Below, piece after piece: positions 37,064 to 49,510 of a DNA stretch of 64,000 bases; the first letter of the stretch is position 1; every line of letters starts with the position of its first letter. The stretch is from NCBI GenBank assembly GCA_965153285.1, contig OZ229111.1. One strand, given 5' to 3'. This stretch comes from Podarcis tiliguerta (taxonomy: Eukaryota). Below the pieces are notes generated by a model that searched no databases, was not told the DNA's origin, and worked only from the letters and a program-made list of their open reading frames with translations. The translations under genes were made by a program, and so were the position numbers.

Positions 37064-38295
37064 TGCATGTTCAGACCCAGAGACCTCCCCCCTAAATAAA
37101 TTCACACATGACTCAAATTTTAGTTTTGGTTTTTGGCAGAATTTAGGCCACAACTTTATTGATTACAGAAGGTGAGTGGTTGCATATGCTCTGGTTCGAC
37201 TAGCTCCCTACACCCTTGCAGGCAGTGCTGACCCAGGGCACCAGCATAGGTCAGCCAAGGGTGAACACCTGGGTAGGCGAAAAGCTGGGAACAGACTATG
37301 TTCACCACCCAGATGCCCCCCTGGACTCAGGTACGGGCACAACCCCCTCTCAGGGGTTGACCAAACCAGTTGAGTCCCAGATTCCTTTAACGGAATAGCT
37401 TCACATAGGGATGGGGAGACCCATCCCTATCACCTGAACCAGTGCCTATCCGCCATAAAGCACCGTGCTCGCCGCCAACCACTCACACCTGTAACAAATC
37501 CCTTAACCCCGCTGACACGGAGGTCACCCAGCAAATTGCCCAAAGCCGCACCCACTGTTGCCTGGGGCCGCAATGACGTAAAAAACATGGTTACAAAGCA
37601 CGGATCCACATGGATCCTCAGGATTTTTGCATTGGGTCACCAAATTCACCATCAGATCACATGTCTGTGGCCACAGCATGAACCACAAAAATCATACATC
37701 CACTGTTTCGTTCAGAATAGTTTTTTCCTTGTTTTCCTCCTCTAAAAACTAGGTGTGTCTTATGGAGCGAAAAATACGGTAAAACCCCAAAGCTGTAGCT
37801 GCAGCCAGGACACCAGCCGCTGCAAGGAGAGCCGAGTAGGCAGAGATCAACAGGCAGCGACAAGCTCCGTAACTGGGAGCGCTCAGGGGCTGGAGCCCCT
37901 GTGGAGCAAAGCCCTGCTAGAAAGAAGGGAAGGAAAAGGAAGGGGGGAAGAGGACAACCCAAAAAAGGGGAACAATAAAGAAAGCAGTAACAAAAAAGGG
38001 AATAAATAAACGAAAGAAATCACCAAGACGATCCGTCAAAGGTAAGTCTCTCGACTGCACAGAGGACATGCTGTTAGCTTGTTCCGATTGCATGAGCCGA
38101 AAGAGGAAGCTCTGGGTCACGTGCATTGGTATATATAGGTCCCTCGATTCATTTGGACTGTGCCCCATTGGCCAAATTGAACCCAACATCGAGGGACCTA
38201 CCAATCGGGTATTGTGGCTAACCAATCCAACCCACCCACCACACAGGAGTCTCCAGGTCTTATCGCAATACGTGCCCTCTTTTATGGAGGACACG
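37064..38295 (-). mobile_element. Probable long solo LTR (ERV-like) with an internal mariner-type fragment (~37620-37781)
   Basis: Interrupts the L1 3'UTR (CTAT..ATAT flanks). TATATATA at 38130-38137 with CCAAT boxes, TTTATT at 37155-37160. Internal end CTTATGGAGCGAAAAATACGGTA. Confidence 0.55.
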
Positions 38296-40223
38296 ATATG
38301 TCTCAACAAATGAAACCAATTTGTAAAAAATGTTATGGGGGGGGGGGAATAAGAGAGAGACATTGCACATACTTTTGTAAATAAAGAAAATCTGTAATAA
38401 AAATACAATTTAAAAAATAAAAAAAGAATTACTCACACAAAAAAGGGCCCTTCAGAAGGAGGAGATTGGGAGAATGAAAAGAGGGATGAGATGGAAATGA
38501 GCTGACAAGGGAGGTTGTGGTAAAAAAAATAAATGCTTGCATACCACACACTTCCAGACCTGTTCATTGAGCATTCATCCTGATTCGTATGCAGGGAAAT
38601 TGGACATTGACTTTACCTTACCCTTATCCTAAAGTAAGAAAAATGTCTCAAAGCATCTTATGAAGTTATATCTTTCAGCTTCACACATCCTGGCCTTCAG
38701 TCCACAAAAGCTTTTCAGCATGTGATAGTACAAGGATCCTATAGGCTAGTGAGATTGCTGATGGCAGTGTTTAAGTGCTCTGCTCATTTAAGGATAGACA
38801 TGGCACCTGTTGAATGCAGTGAGATTTTCAGTTTAGAGCAAACAAATCTGTATCTGAAAGTCCGGCTGCAAGCCTAAACAGAGTTTGCTCTTTGGTTTAT
38901 GTTTTTCTGGAAACCAGGGTTGCCTCCAGACTGTCACTATTTTGCAAGAAGGATTCAATCTCATACTGGAAATGTATGCAATTACTTTTTAACAACAAAT
39001 CCACTTAAAAAGAAAACACTGAATGTTTTAGTTAGGAAAATGACTGGGAGTTGCACCGAGAAGTGTGTGATAATGATTGATTGACAGGAAGACATATAAC
39101 CCCCCTGTAAACAATTCAGGATCAATGTTTAAATGAAGATCAGACATTTCAAACCTCCCATGTGAGCTTTGAGTAAGCAGATCAGGGTGGTTGCTCAATA
39201 AACTGGTTTGTCTGGAGGAGCCTCAGCAGATAATTTACCCCACCTCTGCTGAGCAAAACAAGGTCTCTCCTCCCCACATGAAGAGTGATGTGATTCCTTT
39301 AAACAGTCACCGTGCTTCTTTATCTTGGAAAATGTTCAGATAGAGCCGCTCTGTCAGACAGAGTCGAGTAAGTGTATTAAGAGAAGTTGAGTGGAAGGTG
39401 AACATGTGAGAGCAATCCTGAGGCATGACAAAATGCAGACACACCGCCGTCCACTCAGGCACTTGTTACAAGCACATAAACACTTGCTGTTTCAAGATAG
39501 GAGGGAGAGGGTGCCACTGCAAACCGACTAAATCAGAGGTCCTCTGTGACTGTTATTTATCAACTCCTAATTAACTGTTAATTTGCTGGTCTTTGGGTTC
39601 AAGCACAGCTCTAATTTATTACAGGCTACAATGACAATGTCAAACCCAAGGGATACTCTATGGAGCACTTTAGCCAGGCACTCTTTTCATTACTTACTTG
39701 AAGAAATTCACATTCCTTGTTCAAGGAGAGAGACGACAAGCTTTATGTAAGCAAAGAAGACACATTACTCTTTGAACATGAATGTGGGGGGACTCATGAC
39801 TGAACTTCCTCCTGTTGTGACAGAATTCATATTGCTTTGCTGGAAACTAGGTCATCTGTAAATTTTGCAGTTTCAAAGTTGAGGAATCTTTGGGAGGTAC
39901 TTTTATTCAAAAAGCCATAAAACACCATTAGTAATTGTGCAAGAATACTTCTGAAGGGCTGTAATTACCAGAAATGATGGAGATAATACATTTCTATAAG
40001 ACATTTCTATAAGACAATTAAGCATGAGCACTAACCACCATAATCAGTTTGCAGTATAAGAGGAACATAAAAGCACAAGCGATATAGTCAGGAAAATTAA
40101 TGCACTATTCCCCACAACTACATGTACCCTAGTGCTTCTGTTCTTATTTCTAAAGTCCTTTTTGCACTTCAGTACCTGTTGCATTATGGAACTGCGGCTT
40201 TTTGACCAATATACCTCCATATT

Positions 40224-40559
40224 GGGTGGCGCTGTTGGTGAAACTACAGAGCCTAGGGCTTGCCGATCAAAAGGTTGGTGGTTCGAATCCCTGCGACGGG
40301 GTGAGCTCCCATTGCTTGGTCCCTGCTCCTGCCAACCTAGCAGTTCGAAAGCACGTCAAAGTGCAAGTAGATAAATATGTACCGCTCCAGCGAAAAGGTA
40401 AATGGCGTTTCCGTGCGCTGCTCTGGTTCGCCAGAAAGCAGCTTAGTCATGCTGGCCCGGAAGCTGTACGTCAGCTCCCTCGGCCAGTAAAGCGAGATGA
40501 GCGCCGCAACCCCAGAGTCGTCCGTGACTGGACCTAACAGTCAGGGGTCCCTTTACCTT
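40224..40559 (+). mobile_element. Sauria SINE (slightly 5'-truncated)
   Basis: Core and tail conserved. TSD TACCTCCATATT/TACCTCCATGTT. Confidence 0.9.
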
Positions 40560-43500
40560 TACCTCCATGTTACACTAATTTCAAATAGTAGAAAAGAACT
40601 GTATGCTGTTATATACATACCCCAAATTTCATTCTACAAAATTGTAACACAAAACTCTCATGATGTTCTGATTTAATGGGGTTGCAAAAGGGTCCCCCCC
40701 CCCCTGAAAACAATTAGCATAGAAATTAGCACTAAACCTCTGATAGATTTTCAGGAGAAGAGCGAACTTTGAAGGATACCTGTGTTTCGGTTTGCATTTT
40801 GTTTTGAAAAGTGTGAATTAAGTAGGCTCACATTAAAATCTGAATCAATCTGAATTTATCTTCTATCTCTAGCTGCAGGCCTTAATGTGACAAATAAAGT
40901 GCTCCACAAATAAAACCCTAATGTTTAATAATTGCATTTTCTTTACCTAAAATAATGTTCCTTCCATTCTCCTGCCCTCCCAAGTTTCAAGCTGCTTATT
41001 TAGATTTACAGCCAAACTGGGCACAACATTTTCTGTCAGGGCCGATGCAAGACAATGTATTCTTTTAGCTATCAAGAGGTCCTTCAGTAGCATTTAACCT
41101 AGTCCATTAAGTGTATAAAGAAATCTCTGCTGCTGGATAAGGTAACTAAGTGTGTGGGGAGCAACTTGTGGTTACATTTAAAACATGCAATTTTTACTCC
41201 CTGTTTAAGTAAAGGAAACAATAATGGGGACCTTAATTACAAAAAATTACCACTGTTCCTTTGAGTTTGACATGTGCTTAATGACAAGGCGGATGGAAAC
41301 ATTAAGGGTAATGCTGCTTGGCAGACAATTGGAGCTGATAATCACCCTCATAAAGCTATTGATAGTAATCTATGGACGTATTCTGCTAATTCCAAGCAGA
41401 AGTGGCTCGTTGTGCAGAGTGAAGATGCTGCCTGCTGCAGCAAAACAATAAAGGATACAGCGTTCACATAGTTCTAAAGACTCCTTGAGGGATGATTATT
41501 TAAAGATGCAAAATGCTAGTTCAGTCATTACCACCACCACCAGAGGTGAACGCTTTTTTTGCAACATGCGGAGTTTCCATATGATAGCATAGTATTTGCC
41601 AGGGGAGCTTGTGCTTGTCCACAACTTTGGTTAAAGATTTGAAAGCCAAGATTGCTCTGGTTGTCTGTGGCATGATCCCCACTTTCAAAGGGCTTTCCCT
41701 GCTGTGGCAAAGCGGGTTCTGCTCTTCTTCATTCCAGCAAGGGAAGCCTTGAAAAACGATGATCATGCTTGTGTTAACACTGCATGCACACTCCAGTCAT
41801 GCCCACTGTCTTGTATGCACTCAGCCACTGCTGCAGGTTGACCTCACTGGGGAAAAGGTTGCCCATCTCTGCAATAAGAACTTTTTCAGAGGGCCCAGCC
41901 AGGCAAGCGTCCTTGGTGAGTCCTGCTAGGACACTGGAACTCTGACTTTGAGGAACATTATGAGGACAGCACCCCGTGTGCAACACAGATTGGCATGGAC
42001 CCCACCATTTGTTTTCATTTTGCTTTTTTACTTCAAGACTCTTGTTGTTGGTTCTTAATATCTCAAGATAGGTTGCCTATATACCGTATATACTTGTGGG
42101 TGGCCTGAACATCTGATCTGCTCTATTAATGGTCAAAGATCGCCATGAAATACTCAATATCTTATTACTTTGTGCTCAACTATCCTTCCTGAAAAGTCAA
42201 CAGCTTTCATAGTTTTAATACTTTCGCACGCAGCATGGAGAATTGAAGCTGAACAGAAAACAGCACTTTCCACTTAATTTGGTAATCTGTAACCTCCCAA
42301 ATGCTACATTACCGGAAAGGGGGAAACAATAATTTCACTAGTAAAACGTGACTTCTTTTCTAGGACAAACTAGGCTAAGGGGAACAGCAACACGGTGAAA
42401 TTTCAATGGCCCAGAACTATGCTTGCTATATAAGGGAAGGCAAACTGGATTCCATCTAAGAAGGTATAGATTTCCATTCTGATCCAAATTAATCACATCA
42501 TAGGTGACAACTCCCTGGGGCCTGAGCACCCACAAAATCCCCCATGAAGGGGCCAGGCACCCACAAATTTTGGCGCCAGGGCCATGTATGGTGCATGGCA
42601 CCCACAGCCCCGGGCACCCACAGTCACAAGGCCAAGTTAACACTCCTGAATCACACGCAGCACTGTTTCCATGCCACTACAGTTTCACTTCCGGCAAAAA
42701 TGAAGTTATTGGGCTCACTGCTCACCACAGTGGAATTTTATGTAATCAGTTACATTATCTCAACGTTATTCCACATCATGCATTTCAGTGCCAAGGAAAT
42801 GTAATGCAAATGTGCGCGGGGGGGGGGGGGTGTCTCAACATTTGCAACTGAAAACAACTGCAGTTAAATACCAGTTGTATTGGCTGGATGTGGGAAGAGC
42901 AAATGAATAGCAGAAGTTTCCACTTCAGTTTCCATCAGAATTCTCTGACATCCATGCCACACACGTGCACAAATGTGTTCACTTAGTATGAATCTATTCT
43001 GACTTTATTTATTTAGCAGAATTTATACACTGCTTAATCATCATAACATTTAAGCAGTTTAAATAAAACAATTTAAATTAAAATACTGGGGGGAAATCAG
43101 ATGTTGAAAACAAAGTTGACCCCAAATATTCAAAATTTGAATAAAATCAGCAGGTTTTTTTTTTAAAAGAAAATGCGTAATAAAATAAATGTACATGTCT
43201 GGACAGGCTTACCTAATCAAAACAATTTTTTAGCAGGTGCCAAAAATAACACATTGAAGGTTCCTGCCTAATATCAATAGTAAGGGAGCTCCAGTGTGTG
43301 GGTGACGCCACAGTGAAGGACTTATTCCTTGCAAGCATGGAGCGAACATTATGTGGCATTTCCGACAGTGCTGGAGTTATGTGGGTCTTTGGGTCACTCC
43401 TTGGGGTGAGTAGGCCCTGCAAAATCTCTTCCAAATGTAAGTCATAAGTAATGGTTTAATGATCTCAAGGAAAACAATCTAGGCTTCTCATTTTAGTTTG

Positions 43501-44119
43501 GATTGGGTCCTAGACCTAGCATGCAGTGATGACACCACTACCTCACACCATGACTACAACTCAGGGTCTTCTGCCACTGTGCATTACTTACTGCCATGCC
43601 ATCATCTGTTTTGTAAGCTTTTTCATAAACAAATAAGGTCCCCCAGCGAAAGGCAGTTCCTGCTCCACTCCCCATTTTTAGCCCACTTGCTTTCAGGGAA
43701 GCATCTGAAGGCTCTGATTTTGTCTTAAAATGGGATTAAGTCCAAGGCTTCCCAGAAGTGTTGGTGTTGAGGAGGGATTTTGAAGGAATCGAGGTGGACC
43801 ATCTAGGTATTTTGCAAAGGTACACAATGCACAGAGACCAGAAGAGAGGCAACTGGGAAGGTCATTAAGCGAGCAGGTGAATTTCAGGTGACTATGTGCT
43901 GAATGTCACACGGGCAAGGTAATGTGGGTATTAACTTGTTTACTCCACCTGTTTGCTGAGATTTGTCCATAAAGAACTGCTTGAATCAGCATCTTCATCA
44001 AGAAATATCTGTAAATACTAAGGCAGTAGAGTTTCTGTTCCTACTTTTCCCTTTATGAGGAAAGTCTCTGCCAATACTGCCATTTTGCAAAGCCCGGAAG
44101 CACTCTATAGTTGTGATCT

Positions 44120-44230
44120 AGGTTGCAGGTTTGATCCCTGCATGGTACAGCTGCATATTCCTGCAATACAGAGGGTTGGACTAGATGATCCTCAGGGTCC
44201 CTTCCAACTCTACGATTCCATGATTCTAAG
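44120..44230 (+). mobile_element. CR1-tail SINE fragment
   Basis: B-box-like GGTTTGATCCC, then GGGTTGGACTAGATGA..CCCTTCCAACTCTACGATTCCATGATTCT. Confidence 0.65.
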
Positions 44231-44959
44231 AATGCTTCCTATAAACATGAAAAATGAATACTTCCCTCAATGCAGTTGTGTTAGAACAACACTTATGTGT
44301 TTGGTAGAAGTGCGAATTTCAAGGGTTTCATAATAAGGATAGATAACAAACAAGAATGTGAGATGTGGGTGGGTGTAATGTAAAAGCATTAAAAATGTTC
44401 CTCCAGTGATTACATTCTTTGCTTTTTTATTATACACAAAGGGTTGTATCTATAATGTTTTAAAGTAGTTATATGCACCATAGCCAAATAAGATTCATTT
44501 GGCCATTGCATTAACATTTTAGTGCCGTTTTATCTAAGAGTTCATGGTATGTTTTTAAAACCCCAGCTTAATGGAAGCCAATCAATCATCACATTTTTCA
44601 AAGCACAAATTATTTTAAATTTTTGTACTACACGGAGATAATCACTGCAGAAAGATATGCATATCCTATTGTTTTGACTGATGTCATTCATTTTTCTTGA
44701 GGCTGACCCGTCTGATGGTTTAAGTGCTGAAGTTAAGCAGGCAAATGGATGTGTTTTTCTGGGGTGTTTCCACTACAGCTGCCTTTTTAGCTCTAAAAAT
44801 GCCAAATGTCTGATAGCAATGTGCAGCTGCTGCTCCTCATAGGAACAAAATTAACTGGAGCACTGACAGCCTATGCTTGCTCCTTTTCATCATTTCTCCC
44901 ATAAATGAAGACCCAACACATTTTTTCCAGAAATGTGAGTATGGGGTACAGTCCCTGAC

Positions 44960-45150
44960 AGGAACATAATAAGTTGCTTTCTACCATGCCGGACTCTTGG
45001 ACCATCTACATCAGTACAGACCACACTGACTGGCAGTGGCTCTCCAGGGTTCAGACGGGAGATATCTAGGGCTACCTAGACAATTCAGGGTTTGAACCTG
45101 GAAGCTACTGCATGCAAAGCAGATGCTCTACCAGAGTTGCACCCCTTCCC
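44960..45150 (-). mobile_element. Degenerate Squam3-like SINE
   Basis: TTGAACCTGG..TGCATGCAAAGCAGATGCTCTACCA..CCCCTTCCC is the reverse complement of the tRNA head. Confidence 0.6.
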
Positions 45151-46336
45151 TGAAAAACTGGAAAGCTCATTGGAAATGTTTACATGCACCCACTTCTCTC
45201 CATCTTCCATCCAGGCAAGCAAGAGGCATTATGGCTGTCCAAGGGCACAACTGGACAGGGCAAAGCACCTGAGAAGAGTGCGCAGCAGATCTGAATAGAG
45301 GTGTGGTGTAGGGAGGGGGAGCGAAGTGGCAAGGGTCACCAGGGTTGAAGAGAAAGGTCTGGGAGGAGATGCACATTTGGTCCTCTGGGACCTGAACTTC
45401 CCCACTCCAGACCTACTGGGGATTATCATGGCCCTCTGATTCTCAATGGTTTAACAGTCATAACAGTGGAAAGGCTTTCTCTGCTTTTAAGTTAGGCTGC
45501 TGAAAGGGGAGCTTGGCAAGAAGCCCAGAAATGGATTTCCATGAGGAGGAACTGTGAGCTGAGCTTAGATACTTGGGCAGAAGATCCGCTCAGGGGAGGT
45601 CAAAAAGTTGAGTTGTCAAATGGTCAGCTTCACATTGCACAGAAGGGCAAGTGGTGCCCATAACTGGGGGATTTGAAGAGGAACATTTGTCCTTTAAAGG
45701 GTTGGCAGGTGACGGGGGGGGGGGGGCTGACCACTGACAGAGGGACAGTGGTGGTGTTTGCATTTGGTTGGTTGGTTTCCATTTATTTTTTCGACTACCC
45801 AAGGCAGTGACAGCAGTAGAGCTTTTCATAGTGGCTGCCATCTTCCTCCCTTGGAATACCCTGGAATTGTGCTACATCATATCATTTTGAGGAAGCTCCT
45901 GGGGATACAAAATGGCAACCCCAACTAGTCATTACATTTGATCCCAGAAGGCCCCTTAGTTCTTCATAATGAATCCTATGGTCGTGCTGGGGAGAGAAGA
46001 TGGTGGCTGGTGGCTGAAGGCTGTTGGGAAGAGCTCTGGCACTGCTTCCCCACCAAAGTCAAGATCAGCCATCAATTCCATTGATGTCCCACCATGATCA
46101 ATAAACCTGAAGGAAAGGTAGAGTATAAATGAAATTTTTAAATTCTAAAAAAAAAAAAAAAAAAAAAAGATAATAAATAAATAAATAAATAACCCTCACA
46201 GAAATATTCCCAAAGATTAACCTCCAGTAAAGTGATTTTTTTTTGGGGGGGGGAGCTTTCTCCCATCACTAGCAATGTCCTGTTTCTTAATTCTGTTTCT
46301 ATCCCTTAAGCCACTGTTTTGCACTAGACTCCAGTT

Positions 46337-46733
46337 GGGACATGGATGGCGCTGTGGTCTAAACCACTGAGCCTAGGGCTTGCCAATTGGAAGGTTGGCG
46401 GTTCGAATCCCCATGACGGGGTGAGCTCCCGTTGTTCAGTCCCAGCTCCTGCCCTCCTAGCAGTTCGAAAGCACGTCAAAGTGCAAGTAGATAAATAGGT
46501 ACCGCTCTGGCAGGAAGGTAAACAGCGTTTCCGTGTGCTGCTCTGGTTTCGCCAGAAGTGGCTTAGTCATGCTGGCCACATGACCTGGAAGCTGTCTGCG
46601 GACAAACAGCGGCTCCCTGGGCCTACAGAGCAAGATAAGCACACAACCAAGTCACCTGCTACTGGACCTAATGGTCAGGGGTCCCTTTACCTTTACCTTT
46701 ACCTTTACCTTTACCTTTACCTTTACCTTTTTA
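46337..46733 (+). mobile_element. Sauria SINE with expanded (ACCTTT)n tail
   Basis: Head and core conserved, about 7 tail units, CCAGTTGG at both junctions. Confidence 0.9.
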
Positions 46734-48084
46734 CCAGTTGGTTGATTTCAGCATTCTAGTAAAAATAAAAAAATAGATCCCGCAAGAATTAAAGTATGCC
46801 CACACTGCTGTAATTGACATTCTACTTAGCTGGAAAATAATAAAACAAACAAACAAACAAAAACCAATCAGAGGAGATAAACAGCTCTTCAATGTTTATT
46901 TTGGCTGGTAAGTCCTAGGCAGGACACTGCCAAACAAAGATCCCAAAATTGTGGTACAGTAATGCAGCATGTAGTGAGAAAGGCATGGAAGGTTATACTT
47001 TCATTCTAGAATGTATTTTATTTTTAGGTATATAGAGTTTTTGCATTGCATGTGTGGAGTCAACTTCTGAATATTCAGCTGTCATCAGACGCACACTTCC
47101 CTGGGAATAAACCTAAACATGCATAGGATTGCACAGTATAAGTCACATTCCTTTACAGCAAGCTTAGTGTCCATTTTGCTCTAAAGCCACTGAACATATT
47201 AAAGAAGATGTGATTCCTCTTTTGGAGCGGGTGAGCTTCAGAAAATACAAAAAAACAGTTGACTAAGATAAATATGGAGTTTTTATATAATGGGGGAAAG
47301 TTCTGAATTTTAAAAAACCCAGTATCCCAGTTGGCCAGCATAAAATCCACACATCTGGAAGAAATAAAATGCAATCAAAAACTCATTCCACATCTTTATT
47401 CAAACACTATCCAACTTACTTCTTTGGACAACTTGATCAAAGTATCTTACAATCCTTATTGTATTTATATTCATAACATCCCTTTGAGGTGAAGTGTTGC
47501 AAATTTTTTGCCAGGCACAGATGGTAGTAGAAGAGACCAACTTCATTTTCAAGGGGGTTTCTTCACAGGGAAGGGGGGATTTCATCTCCAAGTTGACGAA
47601 GATTGGCTTGGATCCCATTTGAGTAAGCTGTGGGAGAGGTGCATTTTGGCCATCCTTGGATGCCACCAGTGGACCAAATGTCCTTCTAATAAGGCCAACA
47701 CCTGTCAAATTAAGAAAAGGGAATCTGAAAGGAGAATAATGGAACACTTATTTCAAACTGCAGGTCTCAAGGAAGGAATTATTTCTAGTCACCTATTCTG
47801 TGAAATCAGCCCTCTTACGTCAAAGTTCCTTGGTTGAAGGAAGAAAGGAAAGCCAACTGGTTTATATCAGTTTCTATTTTTAACTATGCCTTGCATTTCC
47901 CTTTCTCCATGGAAGTCACTTTTCTGTGAGTGTCTATGGGTGGGGTATGGTTCAGTTTGAAACAGATATAATGCTTGCAGGTATACATTCCACACATCCT
48001 CTGTCACATAGATGCACATCATTTGTGTCTAGATGTCAGCGAACAGTGGCTTATTAAAACATGCTGCTAACACTGTATATGAAT

Positions 48085-48270
48085 AAGAACATAAGAAGAG
48101 CCTGCTGGGTCAGGCCACACCGACATCCTGTTCTCACAATGACCATTCAGATGCCTGTGTTCAACCCGCAAGCTGGATCCGAGCACAAAAACACTCTCCT
48201 CTCCTGTGGCTTCCAGCGATTGGTATTCAGAAGCATTACTGCTTCCAGCCGTGGAGACAGAGGACAGCCA
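48085..48270 (-). mobile_element. CR1-type 3' tail
   Basis: ATAAGAACATAAGAAGAGCCTGCTGGGTCAGGCC terminal motif. Confidence 0.65.
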
Positions 48271-48681
48271 TCACCTTTGATGTCCCTAGAATGGGATTAC
48301 TCGTGTGCTAAGCATGCTTATACATGATTGAGAGCACATGTGACTCTTATGTGGGAAAACGCTTTGCCTGGGGTTGCCATCACATCTCTTTAAATGGCGA
48401 ATGCACAGGGCCCAGTTGCGTGTGTTCTGAGCATGGAATTGGCCCCTGGCTCAGAGGAGAGGGGGGAAAGCTGAGGCCATCATGTGGATGAGCATATTGT
48501 TTGTTCGTTTAAATGAACTGACCATAAAAGAGCAGCTCCCACACTGCTATGGTAGCCTCCTCAGTTTGTGTGTGGCTGTTTTCAAGATGAGTAATCTAAT
48601 GGGTGTCTGTATAGCAGATCATATATATATGATCAGGCAGACTTGCTATGTTTTGTCAATCAGCCCAAATGAGACATAGTA

Positions 48682-48695
48682 CCACTAGATGGCAC
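48682..48695 (+). promoter_or_regulatory. CTCF-like binding motif
   Basis: CCACTAGATGGCAC matches the CCACYAGRKGGCRS core and lies in non-repeat sequence. Motif match only. Confidence 0.55.
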
Positions 48696-48959
48696 TGCCT
48701 GTTGAAAAAGCAGCAAAGAGAATGTGAGGTTTCATTCATGTTATGATGCACTCTCATCAAATTCCGTTTCTAATTCCTGACCGTTGTTGTCACTGAGTGT
48801 ATGGGGCGGTGCATATATTCTGCTGGTGCTTTATTTATAAAGTTCTAGTTTATAGAAGAGAATCAATAGATTAAATTGCAAGTAAAACGGGGAGGGCAAG
48901 GAAAAGCCTGTAAAACATAAACAGAAATAATCAGAGGTAAGATGCAACAATTTGCATGA

Positions 48960-49510
48960 AATAGAATCATAGACTTGCTGAGTTGGAAGGGGCCCTGAGG
49001 GTCATCTAGTCCAACCCCCTGCAACGCAGGAATCTCAACTAAAGCACCCAAGACAGATGGCCATCCAGCCTCTGATTACAACCCTACAAGGAAGGTGAGT
49101 CCACCACCTTCTTAGTTTGTTCCACTGTTGAACAGCTCTTACCAGCAGAAAGATCTTCCTGATGTTTAGTAGTCAGAATCTTCCTTCTTGTACCTCCCTC
49201 AGGAAGTGGGGGACTATCCTTCATTGGAGGTTTTTAAGCAGAGGTTAGATGGTCATCTGGTCAGACTAGATAACAGTTGGCATCCCTTCCAACTCTACAA
49301 TTCTGTGATTGGTTTGAGTCCTACCCTCCAGAGCAGGAGAAAACAAGTTTGCTCCAATTTCCATGTGACAGCCATTTAGATATTTGAAGATGGCTAACAT
49401 ATCTCTTCTCAGTATCGTCTAATCCAGGCTAAACATACCCAATTTCCTCAACCGTTCCTCATAAGGCTTGCTTACCAGACCCCTTATCATCTCAGTTGCC
49501 ATTCCTCTGT
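48960..49510 (-). mobile_element. CR1 LINE 3' end with an opposite-strand CR1 3' end nested at ~49192-49310
   Basis: ATAGAATCATAG terminal repeat and GGCTAAACATACCC..CCTCAACCGTTCCTCATA ORF2 end on minus. The inner piece translates SLEVFKQRLDGHL on plus. Confidence 0.75.

Larger units (their letters stand above)
36190..38427 (+). mobile_element. L1-clade LINE 3' end carrying nested insertions
   Basis: GLLSAARNIIARHWRD..WYQIVWETALLAKLT..FTPVWLPFITY ORF2 C-terminus. The 3'UTR resumes after the insertions and ends in AATAAA/poly-A at ~38396-38427. Confidence 0.7.
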
